From assembly GCF_011045215.1 (NCBI RefSeq), contig NZ_CP049201.1: DNA of 64,000 nt, one strand, 5' to 3'. The translations under genes and the position numbers were made by a program. This document shows positions 30,005 through 40,005 of the stretch, in pieces; the first letter of the stretch is position 1, and every line of letters starts with the position of its first letter. The notes beneath the pieces were generated by a model, which saw nothing but the letters and a program-made list of their open reading frames with translations, had not been told where the DNA came from and made no database searches. Source of the DNA: Escherichia coli (GTDB taxonomy: Bacteria > Pseudomonadota > Gammaproteobacteria > Enterobacterales > Enterobacteriaceae).

Positions 30005-30021
30005 GCTTTTCCCTGGCTGGC
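30005..30021. repeat. 17-bp direct repeat, right copy (GCTTTTCCCTGGCTGGC)
   Basis: Exact copy of 27725-27741; begins 4 bp after the yoeB-like stop. Confidence 0.5.
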
Positions 30022-30320
30022 GGGTTTACCTTAACTTTGCCAGCACTGTTTAAACGCCCGCCGCTCTCTCCCAAATACAGTATAAAAAGCAATCAATTAT
30101 TGTGGACGTAAAAGCGCATGGGGGTACAATTGGGGGTACGTTGGTTATCCATTATGTAATAAATTCATAATAAACATGGTGTTATATTGCATGTTTAACT
30201 CTTATTATCTACCCCATATTCAAATACACCACGTTTCCTCCTGTGCCGTATTTATGCCATTGTAACCCTGGCAATTAATCAAAATACTGTTCTGACATCA
30301 GGCAATGCAGGTGCAGACAT

Positions 30321-31220
30321 TTAAGCCAATTGCTGCCGCCATTCCTTAACGTGGTCAATCAGAGCGCGGAGCTTTGGTGCAATATTGCGACGCTGTGGGA
30401 AATACAGATAGAAGCCCGGAAATTGTGGAAGAAAGTCATCAAGCAGAGATACAAGCTTACCGCTTTCAATATATGGCCTGAAAGTTTCCTGAGTGGCAAT
30501 TGTTATTCCTCCGCCGGCAAGAGCCAGCCTCAACATCAGACGCAGATCATTAGTCGTAATCTGTGGTTCAATCGCAAGGTCGAAAGCTCTCCCGTTTTCT
30601 TCAAATGGCCAGCGATAAGGCGCAACATCCGGGGATTGACGCCAGCCGATACACTTATGATTCACAAGTTCACGCGGATGAACAGGTGTGCTGTTGGCTG
30701 CGAGATAGGAGGGAGAGGCAACGACCATTTCACGCTGACTGCCGGTAAGGGGCACAGCAATCATGTCTTTTTCAATGACCTCTCCGAGCCTTACGCCAGC
30801 ATCGTAACCTGCGGCCACGATATCGAATTCCTCATCCGTGACAACAATATCAAGCGTAACGGCTGGATTGGCTGCTGCAAACGAAGCGATTAGCGGACCT
30901 GAAAGAAATTCTTCAGCTATTGACGTCACTGCGATTCTGAGAAGTCCACGTGGTACATGATCAGAAACCATCTCTTCGAACGCTGTCTCAATACCGGATA
31001 AAGGTAATGACAGCGATTTATGCAGCCGTTCTCCTGCTTCTGTCAAATTAACTGAGCGCGTGGTCCGCATTACAAGCATTGTCCCGAATGCATCTTCAAG
31101 GCGTCTTATTCCCTGACTGACCGCTGAACGGGTAACGCCCAGCCGTGCGGCGGCTTTACTGAAATTACTCTCTTCTGCTACCGCGATAAAAATGGGTAAA
31201 AGATTAAGATCGATTTTCAT
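30321..31220 (-). CDS. LysR-family transcriptional regulator
   Basis: 299 aa; N-terminal HTH (...FSKAAARLGVTRSAVSQGIRRLE...) and LysR substrate-binding region; divergent from the SDR gene. Confidence 0.85.
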   Translation of the reverse strand: MKIDLNLLPIFIAVAEESNFSKAAARLGVTRSAVSQGIRRLEDAFGTMLVMRTTRSVNLTEAGERLHKSLSLPLSGIETAFEEMVSDHVPRGLLRIAVTSIAEEFLSGPLIASFAAANPAVTLDIVVTDEEFDIVAAGYDAGVRLGEVIEKDMIAVPLTGSQREMVVASPSYLAANSTPVHPRELVNHKCIGWRQSPDVAPYRWPFEENGRAFDLAIEPQITTNDLRLMLRLALAGGGITIATQETFRPYIESGKLVSLLDDFLPQFPGFYLYFPQRRNIAPKLRALIDHVKEWRQQLA

Positions 31221-31318
31221 TGTTTAATGCCGCTAACCACTGAGTACATTGAAAGCAGGATACTGGAACCAATCATAAAGTTCTATTCTCTCTCCGAACA
31301 CATTTGAAGGAGAACGTA

Positions 31319-32041
31319 ATGGATAAGGTCATATTAATTACCGGCGCATCAAGTGGTATTGGGGAAGGTATTGCCAGAGAGCTTGGACCGACAGGTGCAA
31401 AGGTTTTACTGGGAGCACGCAGAGTTGAGCGTATCGAAGCCATTGCAACCGAAATTTGCCGCGCAGGAGGAATTGCTAAAGCGCGGGAGTTGGATGTCAC
31501 AGACCGACAGTCCATGGCAGATTTCGTGCAAGTAGCGCTGGATAGCTGGGGGCGAGTTGATGTTCTTATCAATAATGCGGGCGTTATGCCGCTTTCACCG
31601 CTTGCAGCAGGAAAACAGGATGAATGGGAGCTCACTATTGACGTGAATATCAAAGGTGTACTGTGGGGAATTGGCGCTGTACTTCCGGTGATGGAAGCAC
31701 AGGGTTCCGGTCAGATAATCAATCTTGGTTCTATTGGTGCCCTTTCTGTTGTGCCCACAGGCGCAGTCTATTGTGCATCAAAATTTGCAGTACGGGCTAT
31801 TTCTGATGGCTTACGGCAGGAAAGCTCGAAAATCCGTGTGACCTGCGTAAATCCTGGCGTTGTCGAAAGTGAACTGGCTTCAACCATTACCCATGTGGAA
31901 ACCATGAAGGCAATGGACGCCTACCGTTCTGTTGCACTTCAACCTGCGGATATTGCCCGTGCGGTAAGGCATATTATTGAATCTCCCGAAAGCGTTGATA
32001 CAACCGAAATTACCATCAGACCCACTGCATCTGCAAACTGA
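31319..32041 (+). CDS. SDR-family oxidoreductase
   Basis: TGASSGIG Rossmann motif and YxxxK active-site spacing; AAGGAG SD before the ATG at 31319 (the track ORF begins at a TTG). Confidence 0.85.
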   Translation: MDKVILITGASSGIGEGIARELGPTGAKVLLGARRVERIEAIATEICRAGGIAKARELDVTDRQSMADFVQVALDSWGRVDVLINNAGVMPLSPLAAGKQDEWELTIDVNIKGVLWGIGAVLPVMEAQGSGQIINLGSIGALSVVPTGAVYCASKFAVRAISDGLRQESSKIRVTCVNPGVVESELASTITHVETMKAMDAYRSVALQPADIARAVRHIIESPESVDTTEITIRPTASAN

Positions 32042-32254
32042 AGAATAACTTTTACATTCACGTTTTATTAAATAGGTCAGAAGGAAGATTTATATATCCC
32101 TGTGTTTTTCATAGCAAGATGCATTATGTATTGCTCACCCCGAAGGAGATGAAGGTTTAATTACAGAAAGATTATTTTCACAGGAAGTAAACATGACTCA
32201 TGTTTAATGCCTTTATATATAAAACTCATCCTCTCAATTGTCAGGAGAATTAGC

Positions 32255-32485
32255 ATGAATACTATCTGTTCTTTAATTGTTGTGGTTACACTGTCTTTAT
32301 TATCATTCAGTAGCGTCGCCAAAACGATTACTGCCGTCGGTTCAACCATTGACAGCACTGAAAAAGAAATTTCTTTACAGGCAGAAAAACAAGGGAAATC
32401 ATATAAAATTCTGGGCGCGTTTTTTAAGAACAGAGTTTATATGATAGCAAAGTTAACACCAGTCAGTAAAAATGATGCTTCATAA
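32255..32485 (+). CDS. DUF1471 (YdgH/BhsA/McbA-like) small secreted protein
   Basis: Signal peptide MNTICSLIVVVTLSLLSFSSVA, about 76 aa; CAGGAG SD 8 nt upstream. Confidence 0.55.
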   Translation: MNTICSLIVVVTLSLLSFSSVAKTITAVGSTIDSTEKEISLQAEKQGKSYKILGAFFKNRVYMIAKLTPVSKNDAS

Positions 32486-32769
32486 GGCTCATGGTATAAT
32501 TTTAAGACATGATCAAGAAGCACGTCTATTGATTCAAAATTATCATTATGATGGAAATGGAATGCCCGACAAATGACGCTACACCCACCTTCTGTACCAG
32601 TCGTTCTGCTAATTCTACCGATGCTTCGGTCTGGAGTAGTAAAGTAATATTGGACACAGTTTTATTTTCTCTCTTTTTCGAGGGCTGTATATCAACAGGA
32701 AGAATACATCCCTAAGCGGTTAATGCTGGCGTAATCAATAGACCAGCATTAATCACAGATGATTACCAA

Positions 32770-32842
32770 TCAGACAGAAATGGTTAAATCGTCGAATTCA
32801 TATTTAATACGTTTTCTTACGCCGCTGAACAGCTTGAAAAGG
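32770..32842 (-). pseudogene. remnant of an rpmJ-paralog (ykgO-like) 3' end
   Basis: Closely similar to the ykgO 3' end and its downstream flank at 51391-51470 (encodes ...AVQRRKKTY* versus ...AVQGRKKKR*); the upstream coding sequence is missing. Confidence 0.45.
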
Positions 32843-32908
32843 ATGCATATTTTAAATATCAGTGAAATGAACAGTTTATTGCCGTTATTAATAGAAATGG
32901 AGGGATAA
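32843..32908 (+). CDS. putative 21-codon small ORF (MHILNISEMNSLLPLLIEMEG), copy A
   Basis: AAAAGG-ATG; conserved with copy B at 52160-52225 inside a 120-bp repeat of about 90% identity. Confidence 0.3.
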   Translation: MHILNISEMNSLLPLLIEMEG

Positions 32909-33185
32909 ATACGCGTATTCTACTGTTGCAACAAAAACAACGATATTGATCGGTTTTCATAATGAAGTAACCTGACAGATATAAAAATGTTGATTGAGGC
33001 TAAATTCCCGGATGAAGGTTGTTGAGGGAGCCAGGTAGTTTTTTCTTTTGGGTGATCTCCATTGCTGGATAGTCCCCTTGTACAGATAAGTCCGCTCTTT
33101 CTCGCTCAAAGCGGCCCCTGGAATTGAACGCAGAGTGACTACCTGACACAATATTGCACAGTGAAGAGTCGGTCGTTGTTAACGT

Positions 33186-34070
33186 TCAGATTTTCAATGT
33201 ATCAATGACCATCCGCAGAGCGGGGGAGACGTTGCGATGAGGGTAATAGAGAAACAATCCCTCCAATCGCAGGCTGTAACGCTGCAACACTCTGATAAGC
33301 TTACCGTGTTCTAAATCATCCGCGACCAGTTCAACAGGAACATAGGCCAACCCGAGGCCCAGCCGGGCTGCTTCTGCTTCCATATAGCTGTCGGATAGGG
33401 CCCATTGCCCTTCAGGGCGATGAGTGATTTTTTTATCATCCTGATTGAGTTCCCACTGGTATACGCTGCCGTCGGCAAACTGATAGGCGATACAGGGATG
33501 CGCCTTTAAATCCGCCGGAGTTTGCGGAAAACCATAGCGACGAAAATGTTCCGGAGTCCCCACAATTGCCATCTCCATATCGGGCGTGATGCGTACCGCG
33601 ACCATACCCTGGCCGACTTCAGGCCCCAGGCGGACACCTGCATCGAATCTTTCCTCGATGATATCGACGAACCGGCTCTCATTTATCAGTTCAAGCCGGA
33701 TATCAGGATATCGCTGTTTAAATACCGCCAGCTTTGGCAGCAGGCATTTATCAATCGCATGCTGGCTGGCATTGATGCGCACCGTGCCGGAGGGCGTCTC
33801 TCGATAGTGCGCCAGCGTGGCAAGCCCAAGATCTAACATTTCAAATCCAGATGCCGTCTTCTGGTAGAGCTGCTCGCCTGCTTGCGTCAGAGACAGTTTA
33901 CGCGTGGTGCGCACCAGCAGCTGGACGCCCAGCCTTTCTTCAAGCTCGCGAACAGAACGGCTGACTCCTGACTGCGCAAGACCCAGCCGTTTAGCCGCTG
34001 CGGTAAAACTGCCTTCTTGCACCACCTGCATAAACAGGTACAGCTCGTTGTAGTTCTCCCTTTTCGCCAT
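33186..34070 (-). CDS. LysR-family transcriptional regulator
   Basis: 294 aa; HTH ...FTAAAKRLGLAQSGVSRSVRELE...; divergent from the hydrolase/MFS genes. Confidence 0.85.
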   Translation of the reverse strand: MAKRENYNELYLFMQVVQEGSFTAAAKRLGLAQSGVSRSVRELEERLGVQLLVRTTRKLSLTQAGEQLYQKTASGFEMLDLGLATLAHYRETPSGTVRINASQHAIDKCLLPKLAVFKQRYPDIRLELINESRFVDIIEERFDAGVRLGPEVGQGMVAVRITPDMEMAIVGTPEHFRRYGFPQTPADLKAHPCIAYQFADGSVYQWELNQDDKKITHRPEGQWALSDSYMEAEAARLGLGLAYVPVELVADDLEHGKLIRVLQRYSLRLEGLFLYYPHRNVSPALRMVIDTLKI

Positions 34071-34235
34071 TGAAACATCCCCCCTTCATGCCGGCAATCT
34101 TCGCATTAATTTATAACAATATGGTATTAATCTTAGCATTAATCGCCCCCTAATCAGCACTAATTCTGCTCACTATAATGACCCCATCAAAGTAAAGCAC
34201 CGCAGCGTTGTCCGTCGGAAACCTGTATCTCTCTG

Positions 34236-35393
34236 TTGTTTTTTATGGGGATTTTTATGAAAGCCTTCACCCGAACGCTAAAAACCGCGATGCCGGCCAT
34301 GCTGCTTTTCGCATCATTAAGTGGAGTCACGACAATGAGTTATGCTGATTCAACCAATCCTAATGCCCCTGTGTCCATGACAGATAAATGGGATAAAACG
34401 TTCGCCGAGAGCCAGAAAGTCGATCATCGTAAAGTATCGTTCCCGAACCGATATGGCATCACCTTAGTGGGCGATCTTTACCTGCCTAAAGACCGTGGCG
34501 ATCGCAAGCTGGCGGCGATTGCGGTCAGTGGGCCATTTGGCGCGGTGAAAGAGCAATCCAGCGGCTTGTATGCGCAGACGCTGGCGGAACGAGGGTTTGT
34601 TACCCTGGCGTTCGATCCTTCTTACACCGGGGAAAGCGGCGGCTATCCGCGAAACGTCGCCTCACCGGATATCAACACTGAAGATTTCAGCGCGGCGGTG
34701 GATTTCTTAGGGCTGCAAAAAGAGGTAGATCGCAACCGTATCGGGCTGCTCGGTATTTGTGGCTGGGGTGGCATGGCGCTGAACGACGCGGCGATGGATA
34801 CCCGCGTTAAAGCGGTTGCTACCAGCGTGATGTATGACATGAGCCGGGCGATGGGCCATGGTGTGGGGGATGGCGAAGACCGTTATTCTACCGCCGACCG
34901 TCGTGCTGTTCTGCAATATCTGAATGAACAGCGCTGGAAGGATGCGCAGAGCGGAACGTTCGCTCACGGTGGTCATGATATTAATGTCGATAGCAACGGC
35001 AAGGTCAGTGCGGGCGAGCGCATTCTGCCAGAAACGCTGCCGGCAAATCCTCATCCGGTACTGAAAGAGTTCTTTGACTACTATCGCATGCCGCGCGGCT
35101 TCCACGAACGTTCCGTTAACTCTACCGGGGCGTGGACGGCAACGATGCCGCTGTCATTTATGAATATGCCGCTGTTGAGCTACGCCAGTGAAATAACCAT
35201 TCCGACGCTGATTGTGACCGGTGAGAAAGCACATTCACGCTATTTTGCTGAAGATGCTTACAAGGCGGTTGGCAGTAAAGACAAAGAGTTGGTGGTGGTA
35301 CCAGGAGCAAATCACGTGGACCTGTACGATAACGTGGCCGGAAAAATACCTTTCGCGAAGTTCGAACAATTTTTCCAGACCAAACTGAAATAA
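34236..35393 (+). CDS. secreted alpha/beta-hydrolase-fold protein
   Basis: Signal peptide (MKAFTRTLKTAMPAMLLFASLSGVTTMSYA) and GxCGWGG nucleophile-elbow-like motif; start may be 34257. Confidence 0.7.
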   Translation: MFFMGIFMKAFTRTLKTAMPAMLLFASLSGVTTMSYADSTNPNAPVSMTDKWDKTFAESQKVDHRKVSFPNRYGITLVGDLYLPKDRGDRKLAAIAVSGPFGAVKEQSSGLYAQTLAERGFVTLAFDPSYTGESGGYPRNVASPDINTEDFSAAVDFLGLQKEVDRNRIGLLGICGWGGMALNDAAMDTRVKAVATSVMYDMSRAMGHGVGDGEDRYSTADRRAVLQYLNEQRWKDAQSGTFAHGGHDINVDSNGKVSAGERILPETLPANPHPVLKEFFDYYRMPRGFHERSVNSTGAWTATMPLSFMNMPLLSYASEITIPTLIVTGEKAHSRYFAEDAYKAVGSKDKELVVVPGANHVDLYDNVAGKIPFAKFEQFFQTKLK

Positions 35394-35468
35394 AACCTCT
35401 CCTGAATTGATGCAAAGCCACCGGTCTATGGCCGGTGGCTTTTATCCTGATCTTTGTGAAATTTCACT

Positions 35469-36662
35469 ATGTCGACACTAAGCCAAACACCATCACCTCA
35501 TCATCAGCACGCATACTGGGGCGGTATTTTTGCCATGACCCTGTGCGTGTTTGTGCTGATTGCTTCTGAATTTATGCCCGTCAGCCTGCTCACGCCGATT
35601 GCCCGTGACCTGGGCGTGACGGAGGGGCTGGCAGGGCGGGGGATTGCTATCTCCGGTGCGCTGGCGGTTCTGACCAGCCTGACGCTTTCAACGCTAGCTG
35701 GAAAGATGAATCGTAAGTTCCTGCTGCTGGGGATGACGGTTCTGATGGCCGTATCGGGGCTTATTATTGCGCTGGCTACCAGTTATCTGATGTATATGGT
35801 CGGTCGTGCGATGATTGGTGTGGCCATTGGCGGATTCTGGTCGATGTCAGCGGCAACGGCGATTCGTCTGGTGCCGCAGCATCAGGTCACGCGTGCGCTG
35901 GCGATTTTCAACGCCGGTAATGCGCTGGCGACGGTCGTGGCCGCGCCGCTGGGAAGCTATCTGGGGGCTACGGTCGGATGGCGAGGCGCTTTCTTGTGCC
36001 TTGTGCCCATGGCGGTTGTCGCCTTTATCTGGCAGTGCATTAGTCTGCCCAGCATGGATGCGAATAAAAGCCACACGTCATGTGGCGCGGTATTCCGCTT
36101 ATTTAGCCGCCGCATGGTTGTGCTCGGCATGATAGCTTGTGGCCTGTTTTTCATGGGGCAGTTTGCGCTATTCACCTATGTGCGCCCGTTTCTGGAGTCG
36201 GTGACACGGGTTAATTCCTTAGGCTTGTCGTTGATTTTGCTGATTATCGGCGTGGCCGGTTTTATTGGCACGCTGGTTGTTTCGACATTTCTCAACAGAA
36301 AATTCTACCCCACGCTGATGGCCATACCCGGACTGATGGCCGTCATTGCCATCGGTCTGATGCTTACCGGGCATCACGTCTGGACGGTCTCGCTGCTGTT
36401 AGGACTCTGGGGCATGCTGGCCACCGCCGCGCCAACCGGATGGTGGACATGGATTGCGCGTACGTTGCCTGACAACGCCGAAGCCGGAGGCGGGCTCATG
36501 GTCGCGGTGATTCAGCTCGCCATCGCCCTTGGATCAACGGCAGGAGGCATCGTGTTTGACCGCCTTGGCTGGCAGAGTACGTTTGCCATGAGTAGTGTGC
36601 TGCTCCTTTGCGCGGGCGTACTGACCTTTGTTACCGCACGCCAGAAGGCCGGTGCGCTTTAG
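35469..36662 (+). CDS. MFS transporter
   Basis: 397 aa with about 12 hydrophobic segments. Confidence 0.85.
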   Translation: MSTLSQTPSPHHQHAYWGGIFAMTLCVFVLIASEFMPVSLLTPIARDLGVTEGLAGRGIAISGALAVLTSLTLSTLAGKMNRKFLLLGMTVLMAVSGLIIALATSYLMYMVGRAMIGVAIGGFWSMSAATAIRLVPQHQVTRALAIFNAGNALATVVAAPLGSYLGATVGWRGAFLCLVPMAVVAFIWQCISLPSMDANKSHTSCGAVFRLFSRRMVVLGMIACGLFFMGQFALFTYVRPFLESVTRVNSLGLSLILLIIGVAGFIGTLVVSTFLNRKFYPTLMAIPGLMAVIAIGLMLTGHHVWTVSLLLGLWGMLATAAPTGWWTWIARTLPDNAEAGGGLMVAVIQLAIALGSTAGGIVFDRLGWQSTFAMSSVLLLCAGVLTFVTARQKAGAL

Positions 36663-36840
36663 TCCGGCGAGGGCGCGCGTTGCTGAATAAGTTACACAAG
36701 GCGATGAGCACCCACTATGGGTAGGGCGCTCTTTTAAACGATTTAGGTGATTTTCTAAAACGGCTACTGCAGATTTTTCTCTTAATTTATGATATTTCCC
36801 CCGGAGGTGAGAAAGCGCTTCCCACGCCCGGCCGCAAGGA

Positions 36841-37797
36841 TCAGGACGACGGGGGCAGGTATGAATCCTCCTCCTGATGGAGACGTACAGAGGCGACTTC
36901 TGCCAGCACGGAGAGGGCCAGTGTATGCGCATCCCGGGCTTTGGGAAATATCCCGACGGGTGCCCGGATTTGCGCTGTCTCCTCCCTGGACCATCCCAGC
37001 TCGTGGAGCTTTTGCAGACGTAAAGTGTGGGTTCGATAGCTGCCCAATGCGCCGAGATAAAAGGGTTTTGCTTCTCGCGCGGCCTGCAACACTGGCAGCT
37101 CCCGGTTGAGATCATGGCACAGCAAAATGACCGCCGTATCGGTATCGATCTGAGCGCTGGCTGAGGCCGGAAAAAGATCGAAGATATGGCTGTCATAGCC
37201 TGTGGCTGCTGCAAGACTCGCGGCTGCCTGCGCCTCAAGAGAACGTCCGTAAATCATCAGCCTGACGCATGGCCTGAACCCCACCTCAAAGCCATTGAGA
37301 TTCCAGCCCGTTCGGGTTTGCGTGGGCAGGCACACCAACGATTGTGCTTGCGGATCGTAGCGCAGCCCCGCCGGTTTTCTCTGTTCCAGGCGGTTCAGCA
37401 CGGCGAGCAGAGGCTGTGCCGAGCGTAGTTTATGGAGCGTCAGCGTGATCCCACCGCCGCAGGGCAGAACGATGTCAAACCACGGCGAACCTTCGCCATA
37501 GCGAATTTCGCGATCGCAGCCTGAGCCCATCATCTCCAGCGCTTCAAAAGCGGCAGCGGCCTCCACGCAGCCGCCAGAGACAAAACCGCAGTAACGACCA
37601 TCTTCGCGCACCACCATCTGCGCCCCGAGCGGGCGCGCCGCGCCGCCGCGTATCTCCACCAGCGTCACCAGCACCGCTCCTTTACCGGACATTAGCGCCT
37701 CTACGGCGAAGCGCAGAATGGTCCGGTGGTCATCGGTGAGAAACGCCTGCTCTGGCTTATGCCAGTGTTCGTCTTTATCAAAAAGCGGGTATGACAT
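36841..37797 (-). CDS. paoD: XdhC-family molybdenum cofactor insertion chaperone PaoD
   Basis: 318 aa; directly downstream of paoC on the same strand, in the conserved yagQRST order. Confidence 0.8.
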   Translation of the reverse strand: MSYPLFDKDEHWHKPEQAFLTDDHRTILRFAVEALMSGKGAVLVTLVEIRGGAARPLGAQMVVREDGRYCGFVSGGCVEAAAAFEALEMMGSGCDREIRYGEGSPWFDIVLPCGGGITLTLHKLRSAQPLLAVLNRLEQRKPAGLRYDPQAQSLVCLPTQTRTGWNLNGFEVGFRPCVRLMIYGRSLEAQAAASLAAATGYDSHIFDLFPASASAQIDTDTAVILLCHDLNRELPVLQAAREAKPFYLGALGSYRTHTLRLQKLHELGWSREETAQIRAPVGIFPKARDAHTLALSVLAEVASVRLHQEEDSYLPPSS

Positions 37798-37806
37798 TGT
37801 TCCTCC

Positions 37807-40005
37807 TTAAACCACATCCGGCAGCTTATCGAGCAGCTTATCCAGAGTGATGGGATAATCGCGTACCCGAATACCGGTGGCGTTATACACCGCGTTGGCG
37901 ATAGCCGCGCTCACGCCGCACAGGCCCAGCTCACCGACACCTTTGGCCTTCATCGGGGAGGATATGGGGTCGGTATCATCCAGGAAAATCACTTCCTGTT
38001 TTGGGATATCCGCATGGACCGGCACCTCATACCCCGCCATATCGTGATTAACGAAGTAACCCAAACGGTCATCCACCGCCAGCTCCTCCATCAGTGCCGC
38101 GCCCATGCCCATAGTCATTGCGCCAATGACCTGGCTGCGTGCAGTTTTCGGATTCAGGATGCGTCCTGCAGCACACACAGCGAGCATACGCCGGACCCGA
38201 ACTTCTCCCGTCGCTCTATGCACGCCGACCTCCACAAAATGCCCGGCAAAGGTCGACTGCTGGTACTCCTTGCTCAGTGTTCCGAATTCAATGCTCTCTT
38301 CCGCTGTCAGTCTGCCGCCTGCGGTGGCCTCATGTAGCATGGCGCTTCGGGTACCGTTGGTAATCTTGCCGTCGGCAAACTGCGACTGCTCAGGATCAAA
38401 CCCGACTGCCGAGGCAATCATTTCGCGAAGCTTCACACAGGCGGCGTAAACGCCGGAGGTGGAGGTATTCGCGCCCCATTGTCCACCAGAACCCGCAGAA
38501 ACCGGGAAACTGGAATCGCCGAGGTGAACCGCAACCTGCTCCAGCGGTACGCCAAGCATTTCCGCTGCCGTCTGGGCCAGAATGGTGTAGCTGCCGGTGC
38601 CAATGTCGGTCATGTCCGTTTCCACGGTAACGGTGCCGTTTGGTTCGAGGTGAACCCGAGCCCCCGATTTTTCCAGCAGATTATTGCGAAAGCCCGCCGC
38701 GACGCCGTGGCCGACTAGCCACTCTCCGTCGCGTACCTGTCCGGGTGTGGCGTTGCGCTGCTTCCAGCCAAATTTATCCGCTCCGGTGCGCAAGCACTCG
38801 ATAAGCTGACGGCGAGAGAAGCGGCGCGTCGGGTCGGCGGGGTCAACCTGAGTGTCATTCAGGATGCGAAACTCGACGGGATCGATGCCCGCTTTTTCCG
38901 CCAGTTCGTCGATCGCGATTTCGAGCGCCATCAGACCGGGGGCTTCGCCGGGCGCACGCATGGCGTTCCCTTCTGGCAAATCAAGCGTGGCGAGCCGCAG
39001 GCCGGTATGACGGTTTGCCCCGGCGTAGAGTAATTCGCTTTGCTGTACCGCCGTTTCCGGCGTGCCGCCGGGCAGGTTTCCGGACCAGCTTTCATGTGAG
39101 ATAGCGGTGATTTTCCCGCTCTGGTCGGCACCGATACGCAAGTGCTGAAGGGTGGCGGGGCGGTGCGTGGTGTTATTGGGAATAGAGGGGCGGGGGAGCA
39201 TCACTTTAACCGGACGTTTCACCGCTCGGGCGGCGAGGGCCGCCAGCAGCGCATCGCTTCTCAGGAACAGCTTGCCGCCAAACCCTCCGCCGATATACGG
39301 GGAGATAATACGCACATTCTCCACGGGCACTTTTAGCGTTTTTGCCAGATCGGTGCGGCACCAGTCAATCATCTGATTTGAGGTCCAGAGAGTAAGCTTA
39401 TTTCCATCCCAGACGGCCATCGAGGCATGCGGCTCCATCGCCATATGGCTCTGGTCCGGGGTCGTGTAGGTAGCATCAATCTTCACCGCAGCGGAGGTGA
39501 AAGCCCCGTCAAAGTCACCGACGTTTTTGTCGGGCGTGTCTTCCGGCGGCTGACTGACGGCCTGTTTTTCGTCCGCCAGGGAGTAAGCTCCTTTATTACG
39601 GCGATAGTGCGCCTGCACCAGCGAGGCCGCCGCTCGCGCCTGTTCGAAGGTCTCGGCCACTACCAGCGCAATGGCCTGATGATAGTGCTCAATAGTGGGA
39701 CCGCCTAACAGCCTGGCGGTGTTTTTGTCGCCTTTGCCGAGTGCCCCGGCGTTACTGGCGGTAATGACAGCCAGTACGCCCGGCGCTTTTTGCGCGGCGT
39801 CCGTATCAAGGGCGGTGAGGCGTCCTTTGGCAATGGCGGAACCGACGATATAGCCATAGGCGGCGTTGGGGGATTCTTCATGCCATTCGTAGGCGTAGCG
39901 TGCCGTGCCGGTAGTTTTCAGCGGTCCGTCGATGCGGTCATAGGGACGACCGACAACCTTCAGCTGATCGATCGGGTTTTCCCCTGCGGGTTTATCAAAT
40001 TTCAT
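37807..40005 (-). CDS. paoC: periplasmic aldehyde oxidoreductase, molybdopterin-binding subunit PaoC
   Basis: 732 aa with xanthine-dehydrogenase-family molybdopterin-subunit character; operon context. Confidence 0.9.
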   Translation of the reverse strand: MKFDKPAGENPIDQLKVVGRPYDRIDGPLKTTGTARYAYEWHEESPNAAYGYIVGSAIAKGRLTALDTDAAQKAPGVLAVITASNAGALGKGDKNTARLLGGPTIEHYHQAIALVVAETFEQARAAASLVQAHYRRNKGAYSLADEKQAVSQPPEDTPDKNVGDFDGAFTSAAVKIDATYTTPDQSHMAMEPHASMAVWDGNKLTLWTSNQMIDWCRTDLAKTLKVPVENVRIISPYIGGGFGGKLFLRSDALLAALAARAVKRPVKVMLPRPSIPNNTTHRPATLQHLRIGADQSGKITAISHESWSGNLPGGTPETAVQQSELLYAGANRHTGLRLATLDLPEGNAMRAPGEAPGLMALEIAIDELAEKAGIDPVEFRILNDTQVDPADPTRRFSRRQLIECLRTGADKFGWKQRNATPGQVRDGEWLVGHGVAAGFRNNLLEKSGARVHLEPNGTVTVETDMTDIGTGSYTILAQTAAEMLGVPLEQVAVHLGDSSFPVSAGSGGQWGANTSTSGVYAACVKLREMIASAVGFDPEQSQFADGKITNGTRSAMLHEATAGGRLTAEESIEFGTLSKEYQQSTFAGHFVEVGVHRATGEVRVRRMLAVCAAGRILNPKTARSQVIGAMTMGMGAALMEELAVDDRLGYFVNHDMAGYEVPVHADIPKQEVIFLDDTDPISSPMKAKGVGELGLCGVSAAIANAVYNATGIRVRDYPITLDKLLDKLPDVV

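Noticed and set aside
36534-37238. 234-aa minus-strand ORF overlapping paoD in another frame
   Set aside because: Arg/Pro-rich low-complexity translation that overlaps a well-supported gene; a frame artefact.
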